This document shows, in pieces, positions 50,279 through 61,924 of a DNA stretch of 64,000 nt. Made by a program: the position numbers and the translations under genes. How positions within the stretch are numbered: the stretch's first letter is position 1; every line of letters starts with the position of its first letter. The stretch lies in NCBI GenBank assembly GCA_052055015.1, contig JBQJIT010000020.1; one strand, given 5' to 3'. Source of the stretch: Malassezia furfur (taxonomy: Eukaryota). The notes under the pieces are model-generated. The model ran no database searches and was not told the DNA's origin. It saw only the letters and a list, made by a program, of their open reading frames with translations.

Positions 50279-53200
50279 ATGTTTGTGCGTACCGACTGCG
50301 ATAACATGTTATGATGCTAACACGCCTACAGTGGCGTTTTGGCGTGGCTCCGGTGTCGACGCTGACCACGTTGCTGGAAAAACCTGATATTACTGTCGAG
50401 GATGTGTTGAACGAGCCCGACCTCTTGCAGGAATGCAAGTCGAATAACCACAAACTCGTTGCATATCTGCAACAGCCCGAGGTCCTCCAGAGGCTGCTTG
50501 ACTACGTTATTGGCGCTGTGGAAGTGGAAGATGTCTCAGACAGTGCCAACCAGGAGAAGATTGCCTTCAAGTATGTCGCGGGTTATCGTCGCTTATACTA
50601 ACCACAGATATCCCTACTTTGCTTCCGAGGTGCTTAGCAGCGAGATACCCGAGATTTCCCTGGTTCTGTTCCAAAACGCACAGGCGCTGCTTGCGCCCTT
50701 CTGGGACAACTTCCTGTCCACGCCGTCGGACGCCTTTGAGCGGCCCATACCGCTGCACGCTCATCCTCTCACCTCGGCGACCTACGTTAAGTCAGAGGCA
50801 GGAAATGCGGGCGACGAGAACGAGGAAAAGAAGCCGGAGGAGAAATCGACCGGCGAAACTGTCAAGTACTCGGGCCGTTCGCACGGTCCTGGGCATACGG
50901 TGCTGGCGGGCTACTGGTCCAAGGTGAACATGGCGCTGCTCGAAAAACACCCGCAGGAGATGCTGGCATTTGTACAGACGCTGCCGACCGCGGTCGAGGG
51001 ACTCGTGTCCCACTTTGAGACGTCGTCGGTGGTCGACCTGCTGTTCCGCCTGATCCAGACGGAGGATTCCGTGCCGGATGCGGGCATCATCCAGTGGTTT
51101 GCTGACAACGACCTGATTACGCGTATCGTGTCGCTCCTGTCGCCGCATGTCTCGACCGAGCAGCACAAGGCGGCGGCTGAGTTCCTCAAGGCGATCATCT
51201 CGCTGTCGGCACCCTCGCCATCGGCGCTTAACCAAATCACCATGCAGGAGACGTTTGGCGGCCCCGGTGAGATGCTCATGGGTGCCGGCGGTGTCAACAA
51301 CCTGCTGGTGCGCGAGCTCGCGAGCGAGGAAACGGTGAACAAGATGACCTACTTTATGTTCGACTTTAAGCCAACATTTAAACCGTTTGCGAGCGGCAGC
51401 GGCTCCGAGGGTGCAGCGTCGCGCAAGGCATCGATGCGCGGCGCCTTGGACTCGTCGCTGCCCGCGCTGCGCGAGTCGCTCTCTTCCGACGAATCGGCTG
51501 TTGAGGAAGAGGACGATGACGACGACGAAGAGTGGCAGGTACGGCTCAGTTTCAAGAACCGCCGCATGTCGCTTGCGCAAGGGATCAACGGTGGCCGGAG
51601 CCCCGCGCACCGCGACTCGACAGCCACTGTGCGCCCGTCGGATTTGCGGCGCGACAGCATTGTGCGGCAGGGCCCGTCACAGGCGGCCATCACCTCGTCC
51701 TTCACCAACTGTGCCGGGGTGTTTATCGAGCTGATCCGCAAGAACAACAGCGACTACTTTGAACAGCATCTGTTTCACACGCTGCGCAACTATCTGCTCC
51801 TCCGACAGCAGGAGGTTTCTGGGAAGCGCCAGCAAGAGCGCCTCGCGCAAAAGAAGGCCGAGGGAGAGTCGGACAAGCCGGACCTGACGCTGGAAGATCT
51901 TCCATTTGAGGACGACGACGACGTCGAGGGCATGGAAGAAGCCATGGCCGAGGTCGCCGAAAAGATGGGCATCGTCCACCTGGGCCCACTGCTCCACATT
52001 CTCTCCAGCAGGATACCCGATTTGCAAGAGATGATGAAAAGCCCCAAGCTGGCAGTGCCGTTTGTCTCCACGACGCTGGGCCAGATTGAGCCGCTGACGC
52101 AAACGCGCTGCTGCATCGCGGAGCTGTATGCCGAGATGCTTCACTGTTCCAACATGGTCCTGCTTAATCGCGAACCCAATGTCGGGCCGCAGTACTCGCC
52201 TACCGGCACGCTGCTCGGCGGCATCGAGGGCCTCCAGCGGCTTGCACGTGCGCTCCAGGGCGACGACGGCGGACCGCTGTTCGACTCGAACGAGTCGAAT
52301 AGCAACGCGGCGCAGCCCAGCATGTCCCAGCCCGAGCTGCATGTTGAGTGCGAGGATGACGATGCGCCGCCGCCCACGGCACCAACGACTTCCGTATCCA
52401 GCGACCGGCTGGCTGCGCCACAGCCAGGAAGCACGAGCGGGCACAGCAGCGAGACCGGGTCGTCCGACTCGGAGGCCGACCAGGCCACGGATGACGAGGA
52501 CGCCAAGAGCATTGCGTCGGCGCTCTCAAGCATGTCGCTGGCCGACCTGACGGCGCAGTTTGCGAGTCGGCCACCGAGCGTCGACGACGATCATCTATAT
52601 GCAACGGCTGGCGACTACCTGAAAAAGCAGTTTTACGACTTCCAGGTGGTGCCGACGCTCATTGAGCTCTTCCTGAACCACCCGTGGAACAACTTCCTGC
52701 ACAACGTCGTTTACGATATCGTCCAGCAACTCTTCAACGGCGATATGGACGCCGGCATCAACAAGAAGCTCACCATTGCCACGTTCGAGCAGGCCGGGCT
52801 CATCGACGCCATTCTCGAGGGCTCGCGGCGCAACCAGGAGTCAAGCAGCCAGCTGCGCCACATCCGTCTCGCGTTCATGGGCCATCTCAACCTGATCGCC
52901 GAAGAGGTCATCAAGCTCCTCGAAAAGTACCCCGCAGCCGTGGGCGAAAAGGTGAAGAACTGCTTCCCCCAACCCGACTGGGACACATTTGTGAACGACG
53001 AGCTGCGTGTGTCGCGTGTCAAGGAGGCCATGCCGCTCGCCGGTGGCCGACCCAACGCCCACACCAGCAACGAGCAGAGCTGGGGCAAGGACTCAGACAA
53101 CTGGTACGCGGACTCCGAAGGGAACAACACCTTTGCACGCTACCTCTCGTCACAGATGCGCAACGAGTCCACTGAAGACGAGGCCCAGGAGAACGACATC

Positions 53201-53893
53201 CTCGCCCAGCTCGAAGAGCGCACCATCGGTTCGTTCCCGGGCGACGATCCGAACGCCGAAGAGGACGAATGGGGACCGTTCTCCGACTCGAACCAGCCTT
53301 CCGACTTCAACTTTATCTCGACGGGCGCCATTGCACGCGCGCAGACCAACGCCTCGAGCTCCGTGCAAGAAAACCTCACGCCCGCCGACTGGGCTGCCGA
53401 GTTCCGGCGTGGAGGGATGGGCGCCATTCCAGCCGACGACGCGGTCGACAACGACTCTGACTCTGACTCGGCGGGCAGCGGCCGCAACCGCGATGACAAG
53501 GACGGCACCGACTCGGACGACAACGGCGCCGACGACTCGCCGTTCGTCGACCTGCACAAGCCAGCGACACTGCGTCAGCGTGCGCAGACCAGCGAGTCGC
53601 TGCCAACGGCACGCAGTCCTGAGGCCATGGAAGAAGTCATCAAAAACCAAAGCGAGCGCTGGCCGGCCGCCGAAGCCGGCAAGCACGTGCGGTCGCTCAG
53701 CGGCGGCAGCCAAGACCGGGCACAGGACTGGGCGCTGGCTCAGCTGCCCCCAGACGTGGAGCCCACCAAGGACGGCCTGCTGCGCCGCAAGCTCTCGGAC
53801 GGCACGAGCGTGACCGCCCCGCTAGACGACGCCGAGCTCATGGCGACCGAATCCGCGCTGGATATCTCGGACGACGAGCAGAGCAACTCATAG
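50279..53893 (+). CDS. Sit4/PP6 phosphatase-associated protein (SAP155/185/190 family)
   Basis: MF|WRFG N-terminus (intron 50285-50331), DLLQECK, K|YPYFASEVL (intron 50571-50607), IELIRKNNSDY, ELYAEMLHCSNM, PWNNFLHNVVYD, RLAFMGHL. Confidence 0.9.
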
Positions 53894-54140
53894 GACACGC
53901 GTTCCCTCCGCAGGCGAAACGACGTAACGGCCGACTGCCCTCCACCTGCCGCGGTGCGCGCGCGCGACGTGTGATGCAATCCGGCCGGTCGCAGCGAATG
54001 ACTGCACGCCCAATACTCGGCCGAACCGGAGATTACCGGGCACAGGTCAGATCGGGCTGTCTGCTCGCAGTTACCCCGCATAAGCCGCTCGGTAACTGCG
54101 TACTGGAATAACCGGGGGTTCCTCGTTTCCCTGCATCACC

Positions 54141-55325
54141 ATGACGAACGCATTCATCGTTGGCTCGAAGCGCACGGCATTTGGCTCTTTCGGTGGCAAG
54201 CTGAGCCAACTCAATGCTGCTCAGCTTGGTGGCCACGCCGCCAAGGCTGCGCTGGCTCAAGTGAACGCTGATACCCCCATTTCGTCGACCATCTTTGGTG
54301 TGGTGACTCAGTCGGACTCCACGACGCCTTACCTGTCCCGCCATGTCGGCCACCACGCCGGCCTGCCCATCACGGTGCCGGCACTCACTGTCAACCGCCT
54401 GTGTGGCAGTGGGTTCCAGGCGGCGATCAACGCCTTCCAAGAGATCAAGAGTGGCGACGCCGAGGTGGTGCTCACCGGTGGCACGGAAAACATGAGCATG
54501 TCGCCCTACACGCTCCATGGTGTCCGCTTCGGCAACACCCGCTATGGTATGGACCTTAAGCTGGTGGATAGCCTCGCGAGCGCCCTGGTTGACCAGGTGC
54601 CCGTTCCCACTCCCATGGGCGTCACCGCCGAGAACCTCGCGGTGAAGTACGGCATTACGCGCGAGCAGTGCGACCAGTTCGCGCTCCAGTCGCAGCAGCG
54701 CTGGGCCGAGGCGCAAAAGAACGGTGCCTTCAAGGACGAGATCGAGCCTATTGAGGTTAAGGTGAAGAAGGCCACCGAGACCTTTGAAGTGGACGAGCAC
54801 CCGCGCGCGAACGCTTCGCTCGAGTCGCTTGCGAAGCTGCCCCCGGTATTCAAGAAAGATGGTGTCGTGACTGCCGGTAACGCGTCGGGTATCTCGGACG
54901 GTGCGGCAGCCAACGTGGTCGCCAGCGAGGAGGCGCTCACGAAGTACAACCTTAAGCCGCTTGCACGCATTGTCAGCTACGGCGTGACGGGCTGCGAGCC
55001 GTCGCTCATGGGTATTGGCCCAGTTGAGGCTTCGCGTGTGGCGCTCAAGCGTGCGGGTCTGAGCATCGCTGATATGGACCTTATCGAGGTGAACGAGGCC
55101 TTTGCTGCCCAGTTCCTCGCGGTTCAGAAGGAGCTCGAGCTTCCGAACGACAAGACGAACATCAACGGCGGTGCCATCGCGCTTGGTCACCCGCTCGGTG
55201 CCAGCGGCGCCCGCATTATGTCGAACCTGACCTACAACCTGCATCGCCTCAACAAGAAATATGCTCTCGGCGCGGCCTGCATTGGTGGCGGTCAGGGTAT
55301 TGCCGTTGTCCTTGAGCGTGTTTAA
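54141..55325 (+). CDS. 3-ketoacyl-CoA thiolase (ACAA2-like, probably mitochondrial)
   Basis: KRTAFG, TVNRLCGSG (catalytic Cys), NEAFA, GHPLGASG, CIGGGQG. No PTS2 leader. Confidence 0.92.
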   Translation: MTNAFIVGSKRTAFGSFGGKLSQLNAAQLGGHAAKAALAQVNADTPISSTIFGVVTQSDSTTPYLSRHVGHHAGLPITVPALTVNRLCGSGFQAAINAFQEIKSGDAEVVLTGGTENMSMSPYTLHGVRFGNTRYGMDLKLVDSLASALVDQVPVPTPMGVTAENLAVKYGITREQCDQFALQSQQRWAEAQKNGAFKDEIEPIEVKVKKATETFEVDEHPRANASLESLAKLPPVFKKDGVVTAGNASGISDGAAANVVASEEALTKYNLKPLARIVSYGVTGCEPSLMGIGPVEASRVALKRAGLSIADMDLIEVNEAFAAQFLAVQKELELPNDKTNINGGAIALGHPLGASGARIMSNLTYNLHRLNKKYALGAACIGGGQGIAVVLERV

Positions 55326-55465
55326 ATAGCACATGGGAATGTATGGACTTGACAATAATGGCGACTAACTGAGACAACAATGCGAGACGAGAAAGATGCC
55401 TGGCTCTGCCGTGCGGGGTACAACACATTCTTAAAACACTTGACCAAGAGTTTTTTCTTGAGATT

Positions 55466-55555
55466 GACTTTATAACTCAGTTGGTTAGAGTACCACGTTA
55501 ACAACGTGGAAACGGAATTCCGTGGAAGTCCCCGGTTCGAGCCCGGGTAAAGTCA
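55466..55555 (+). tRNA. tRNA-Val(AAC) with a 16-nt intron (55504-55519)
   Basis: Acceptor stem GACTTTA/TAAAGTC, D arm ACTC/GAGT, anticodon stem CCACG/CGTGG with AAC at 55500-55502, T arm CCCGG-TTCGAGC-CCGGG, discriminator A. Confidence 0.9.
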
Positions 55556-55558
55556 CTC

Positions 55559-55564
55559 TTTTTT
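55559..55564 (+). terminator. RNA polymerase III terminator (T6)
   Basis: TTTTTT 3 nt downstream of the tRNA. Confidence 0.75.
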
Positions 55565-55576
55565 GCGTGGATTCAC

Positions 55577-58337
55577 CTATTTTGGAGCGCGCGCCTCGGC
55601 GAACACGTGTTTCCAAGCCAAGAGAACTTGGAGGGTATCACGATCGGATGGATCGTCCTGGACTTGTGGATGCTTTTCTTGAGCATGAATCCATTCATAG
55701 AGATTGTTAGAGATCACATTCACGGCCTCTTTTGCATAGTCTTGTGGGCGCGCTACGCCGGTGTCCAGCAGCCATTCGGCATACTCCAGTTTGCTTTTCC
55801 GGCACTGCTCATTGGGGAGCGGGAATGTGGCCGAGCGCGAAAAGAGATGTTGAGCCCAAAGGAACCGAGGCATTGCGAAGGCTTGCAGCGCGACCGCAGG
55901 GTTGTGCAATTTGTCCGAGGGAAGGAACAGGATATTCCGCAGGTTTTGCAAGAAGATATATGCCCCTCCGCAGTCTTCCAGTGCAGGGGCAGTCTCGTTT
56001 GGCGGAGAGATACAGACCAGTATTTGTTGCAAGGACGTCTCTAGCATCGATATGTCCCGCATGATCTGAATCTTTTCTTCCTCCTCGTGCAGTCGAATTA
56101 ATGTCACGAATAGAAGGAAAGCCCGCAGAACAAATTGTACAAGATCTGTCACCATAGTCTTGACCTCGTCCGAGACCGTGATGCGGTTCAAGATGCCGTT
56201 TCGGAGAGAAGTGAGTCGTGCGTGCAGCTCCAGCATGTAGGTGCTCACAGGAGATTTGTTCGGATGACCCGCCGGTGCCGCTCTTGCCTTCTCGAGCTTG
56301 AACCGGGACATACGTGCCAGGACGCCCAACAACTCGGCTTGGACCGACCGGCACAGTGGATCCATCAGATCCTGACGGAGCATGCGTCGTGCTGTTTGCT
56401 CCCATTCCAACGCCTGCTCGGAAAGAGCGTGGAGAGACGCGGAATCGGTTCGCAGGCTCTGTAAAAAGGCGACCAGTGCGCTTATCACAGCCGCATTTTG
56501 AAGTTGCTGACGAGGCGGTTGTGGCTTTTGGAGCATGTACACCATGTCGTCGCGCGAAATTTGATCACGCAAGTCAGCCAACAAAGCGACCATCGCTGAA
56601 GAAAGCGTCTCGCCCATCCTGCGCGTCAGCCGCTCATCGGCGTTACATGCACTAGACTCTGTCGTAGCGATGCGCATCACAACGCAGGTCAGCGCAGGCA
56701 TCTCTGATGCGCTACTAGGGTTGGACAACACGGAGTGCAAAGATTGCCGTCTCTCCCCCAGCTCCTGGGTCACAGTGCGCAAATAAGACTGCTCAAGCTC
56801 ACCCAGCAAAGAGAGCACCGACTTGGGCCAATCTTCGAAGTTGGTCGGTACAGACGACTCGTCCGTCAACAGTGCAATTCTTGCAAAAAGTTCCTTGAAG
56901 GTAGTCAGCAAACGAGGGTAGGTCGAAATCACAATGAACCGCCAAAAGTCGGACTCCTCAACGCATTCATGCACAACCATGCGAAAGTTGCGCGCAAAGG
57001 ACGTCCACAACAGCTCTGTCGGTTTTTCGCGCAGTTGCTTCGTAAGTGCGTCAACGTACATGCATCAACGACTCCAGGAGCGTCGCATCCGACCTGCTGG
57101 TATGCTTGGAACGCAGTACATACTCGAGCAGGTTGATCTTGGTAAATATAGGTGCCATTTCGTCAACGACCAACGAGTGCAGCTGCGCCCATACGCCTGA
57201 AGTCCATTGCTGCAGAAGCTGTGCATCCTCGGCCACCATTGCACGGCCCGGAAGTTGGTAGTGCATCGAAAGCAGCGCCTTGAATGAAAACGAAGGCGGC
57301 TGGGTTTTTCCGAGCCCCTTGCCAATGGTATACAGATCCAAGGCCGAGCGGATGCGTTCAAGCAAAACGGCGTTGAGGTCTTCAATAAAACTCTCGACCA
57401 AGTGGGCCAGCTGGTGGCGATGCTCGGCGGCCTGAAGTGCAAGACCAAGCAGCACGGGCGACAAGTGTCGAATGCCGTACAATAGCGTATTTTCGACTTG
57501 CTCCTGAAGCAGCTGCGACGCAACCGGCAGCAGCGCCAAGTGAGGCGCGAGAAAGTCGAGCTGCGCGCAGTCCTCACGCAGTTTTTTGTCCAGCTCGTCC
57601 TCGTCTTTCCATGGCTCCAGAAGCTGCTCCAAATTCTCCAGAGTGATGCAGGTAGACAGAATGTGGGTAGCACGTTGCTGCATCGCTTTGGGATCCTGTG
57701 AGGAGCTCGTGGCATCTGCGCCAAGAATGGTATTCATCTGAGACGACAGGCGCATGCACAAAGCAACCATCTCTTGTGCATGCAATACGAGCTCTTCTCT
57801 CTCCTGCAATGCTTCGAGGCGCGTCTGGTTTTCTTCGATGCGTCGCAGCGAGGACGTCACATTCGAGCGCACACTGCGTCAGTTCCCGCCCACATACGAT
57901 TTCACGCGATGATCGAGTTTGCTAAACTCTTGCAAATTATCCGACACAGCATCGCGGAGGGGCGCTACATTGGTGACGCGCTCCAAGAACTGCCCCGAAT
58001 GCAAGGTGATCTGGTGTGAGATGCGCACCTACCAAACCGTGAATATCTTGGTCGACCTCGGTGATGGACACATTTAGGCGACTCAGTGCCACGCGCATAT
58101 CTGTGTCGACCGAGGCGACACGATTCGAGACGCCAAGCGGATTCTCGGATGCCGAGGCGGGTTCCTGGGGCCGTGCCGGCGAACCCAGAAACTGGCTGGC
58201 ATACGTCTGTGCATCAAAGTCATCGCGCAGAAACGCGGCGTGATCTGTGTAAGCAAAATCCACCTACCAAATGAGCCAGATGCGGGCTTTGCAGGTCCCG
58301 AGCTTTTCTCGGAGAGGGCCGCGCTCGTGTCGGCCAT
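55577..58337 (-). CDS. COG5: Conserved oligomeric Golgi complex subunit 5
   Basis: Four introns (23, 22, 24, 22 nt) join the fragments. FLRDDFDAQTYASQ, LSRLNVSITEVDQDIH, LLWTSF, TYPRLL, FLLFVTLIR...IMRDISMLE. Confidence 0.75.
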
Positions 58338-58517
58338 GGCAGCGCACCTCCGCAATCGTCGAACGCGGAGCGTGCACGCGCACGGACTGGGAATTATGCA
58401 AGATGAGTTGGACCCGGTAGCGCCTTGGGCAGCGGTAGAGCAGGGCCACCGATGGACGGTGCCTAGGCAATGTCTATGAGCGTGGTTTTGGGGGAGTGTA
58501 GTCTATGCCGAAGTTTC

Positions 58518-59021
58518 CTAGGCCTGCTTCGACCGGCTTTCAATCTCGCGCTGGATCAGCTCCTCCTGCCACTTCTGGATTTCCCTCTCGCTGGCAACGA
58601 TCCCGCGCTGGCCTAGCTCACGCATGGCGCGGTTACGAATTAGGTTGTCGTGGGTACGCTTCTCGTACTCAAACCGCTGCAGCGCAGTCTCAGCCGCAAA
58701 GACGAGCCCAATCGAAGCCGCTGCGTGAGTACAGTTAACGTGCCTGACATAGTCAAGAACGCTTTGAACGCAAGCGTTTGGCGCCTGTGGTGTCAGTTGA
58801 CCGACGTACCGGAACGAAGGGAAGATGTGGTGCGACGCAAAGACACCGGTGAAGCCGACAAAACCCCACACCAAGGCTCCGCGAATGCCCGCACGCTACA
58901 TGAGTCACGTATGATCATTACACACCACCTGGAGATCGTGCGCGTTTTTGATGTTCTCTTTGTCGAATTGCCTTCGCTCACGGTTAGTGAGTAAGCCAGA
59001 CGACGACCCCTTCGTGTCCAT
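58518..59021 (-). CDS. Small two-TM membrane protein, Rcf2 N-terminal/Rcf3-like (probably mitochondrial)
   Basis: Spliced AGIRGALVWGFVGFTGVFASHHIFPSFRRQTLAFKAFLTMSAASIGLVFAAETALQRFE. Three introns, the last of them GC-AG. Confidence 0.6.
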
Positions 59022-59121
59022 CGCGTTGAACGTAGATCCGATCGGAGAAGCAATTAAGGGCCGGAAGCACGAATGTGGAGAAAAATGCGCCGAAAAAATT
59101 CTCCCTGAAGCCTGCATCATT

Positions 59122-59981
59122 ATGGGCAGCTCAAAGAGCAGTGCGAGTTCGAGCAGCGTGGTGGTTTCGCCAGGTAGGTGAGCTGGTTCTGATACAGACG
59201 CTCTGCGACTGGTGCACGCCTTTCTCTATACACACGCGAAGCCGAAACTTGCGTCCAAGCTCGCGGACCAGTACCCTAAGCTGCATTTGGAGGAAGATGC
59301 GAGCCGGGCGGAGGAGCTCTCGAATGCGCTCGTGCACACGGTGACGAGTGCGCTGGCGGTCCCGAACTCCGAAATTTCGCGTATTTTGAGCGGGGAGAAG
59401 AAGAAGGCGCGTAAGTCGGAGGAAAAGGAGTCCAAGAAATCGAAGAAGGCCAAGGTGCGTGTGCGTCATTGACCACAGAAGAATGACGACGTACTTGCAC
59501 CCGTGGTCGAAGAACCCGACACGGCAAACGAGTCTGCCATGCAGGTAGATGTCACGGAAGCGTCTGCGCCAGCGTCTGCGCCTGAGGCAGTGACCGAGGT
59601 TTCGGTGACCGAGTCGCAGCCGTCGGGCGAGACGGTTGTCACAAAGACCGTACAAACCGAGGCGCCTAAGCCCTCCAAGAAAACGAAAACACCCGGAGAG
59701 CGCTTCCAACGGGTCAAGTCAGACCAAGCGACGTTCCTGGATGACCGTTTGCGGGATATGAGTTATGCTGCAAAGGTACGTGATGCGCTGATACAGTCCG
59801 GTGCGGGCGACTACGGCGCGCGTGCAAATGCCGATCTGATCGTTACGCAGGGCAAGGCGTTCACGAAAGAAAAGAACAAAAAGAAGCGCGGGAGCTATCG
59901 CGGCGGGATCATTGACCAGGGTTCACAGTACGTGTATACACTCACACCAGCTCCATCAAATTCACGTACGACGATGAGTAA
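59122..59981 (+). CDS. SRP40: Nucleolar protein Srp40/Nopp140-like
   Basis: C-terminal SRP40 domain FQRVK...[36 protein letters not shown] after removing four introns (24, 24, 21, 23 nt). Confidence 0.88.
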
Positions 59982-59987
59982 GCTGCG

Positions 59988-61858
59988 TTATGCGGTGCCC
60001 TCAGTGCGTTCGCCGTGGGCGACCGCCTCGTCCCACATGCCGATCTCGAGCCGGGTGGCCCTGTGTGAGTAGTTGGCACGTACGTATTCCATATCTCTTG
60101 GAGATGGTCCGCCTCTTCCACCGAAGGCATCACGCGTGCGGCACAGCGCTCAAGCATGTCCAGGGTGGATCGCACTGCGCCCTGGAATTCGTCCCCGCCG
60201 TACTCGTCCAGCCAGGCCTCATAGCTGGGGTCAAGCGCGCTACTCGGGGTAGAGTGCTTCTGGCGCTGCTCCTTGAGCCAAAGGCCTACCTCGGCGTACC
60301 CAAACGCGCACGATGCGACTGACACGAGCAGGGGTAGAATGCCTTCGCGGGCCGTGTCCATCACGTAGCGTGTGTACGCCATGGTCGCGCGGCTCTCTTC
60401 GGTGCGCTCGAGTTCGTTGCGCGAAATTCCGACACGCTCGCACACCATGGCATGCACGTGTGTCTCATCAATGGCGGCCCGCGAAATGGTGAGGTAGTCG
60501 CGCAAATCATCTGGCGAGCACGTCGGATCGGACGCCGCGGCGGCCCACACACGGGCATAGTGCTTGAGGTACAGGTAGTCTTGCCGCATGAACCACACAA
60601 ACGCCGCTTTGGACAGCTTGCCATTGCACATGCGTGCCACAAACGGATGGCGCGTGTACAAGTGCCACAGATGCCACGAACGCGCAATGAGCCTGGTCGT
60701 GAGCGGCGCCGCACACCGCGCCGAGTGCTGAGGAATGCCGCGCGGCATGACGTGCGCGCCATGGTTGAGCGGGCCGGCGCCCTTGCCGAGGTCCTCGATG
60801 CTGTTCTGCAGCGCCTCTTGCAGAAACTGCAGGCCATGGGCCACGGCGATCCGCAGGGGACGTCCGTGCGCATGGGCCGCACAGATCGCGGACGACAGCG
60901 TACACCCCGTGCCGTGCGTCGCGCTGGTCGCGATGGTAGGTTTGATGAACACGGTCGTGTGCTGCGTCGCGGATTCGTACAGTACATCTACTGTGTAGGA
61001 GGGTGGACCGACATCGGGCAGGTTGCGTCGCAGCATACGCACGTCGTTGGGTCCGTGCACAAGAAACACGTCGAGTTGCGGCGCATGGAAAGCAGAGGCA
61101 CCGAGCACCTGCGCAATGTCGCTGCGCTCGTTGGGCTCGACGCGTACCGAGAGCGCTACCGTGCCGTGTGCATTGCGCCTCGTCGACACGCGCGTGTCGC
61201 TAAAGCCGGCGATTGCTTCGTCGTCGGTGTACAGGGGGAGCGACACGCCCGCATCCTGGAGCGCCTCTTGCAGATCGCTGTGCGTGATGGGAACATGCCC
61301 GCCCTTGACGAGCACGTTGGCGACGCCCAGCTTCGCAATGGACTGCGCCGAAGCCATCATCTTGGCAAGGTCAGTCGAGGCCGCCGGCGGCGTTTCGCCG
61401 GCGCTCTGGAGTATTATCTCGGTCTCAGGTAGGTTGGGGGTAAGCAGTGTACAGAGGGGAAAGAGTCCCTCGATCAGCGCGCCAACTGCGTCGCGCTCGA
61501 GCAGCAGTGAGCCCGAGGTCGAGACCATCACGGGGTCCAGCACGACCGGCGCACCGTGCTGCTTCTGCGCCATGGCGATGCACTGGATGACTTCGCGGAC
61601 GATGGGTGCATTGGCGAGCATTCCAATCTTGATCGCGTCAATGCGCACATCCGTCGCAACCGAGTCGAACTGCGCGCGCACGAATGCCGGATCCGGGGTG
61701 TGGACGCTTTGTACGCCCTGGGTGTTTTGGGCGGTGAGCGCGGTGAGCACCGACATGCCATACGTCTGCAGAGCAAGAAACGTCTTCAAATCCGCCTGGA
61801 TTCCGGCGCCGCCACCAGAGTCGGAGCCCGCTATGGTCAACGTGCGCGGAAGCGCCAT
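59988..61858 (-). CDS. THI20: HMP/HMP-P kinase fused to TenA thiaminase II
   Basis: [51 protein letters not shown]. TenA domain HPFV, QDYLYL, SCAFGY, and [10 protein letters not shown] after intron 60061-60083. Confidence 0.92.
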
Positions 61859-61924
61859 GGTGTGGGGTAGCAGCCGGGTTTCGGGCGCACGGCGCGCCGG
61901 CCTCCACCCGCCGCCTGTTCTTCC

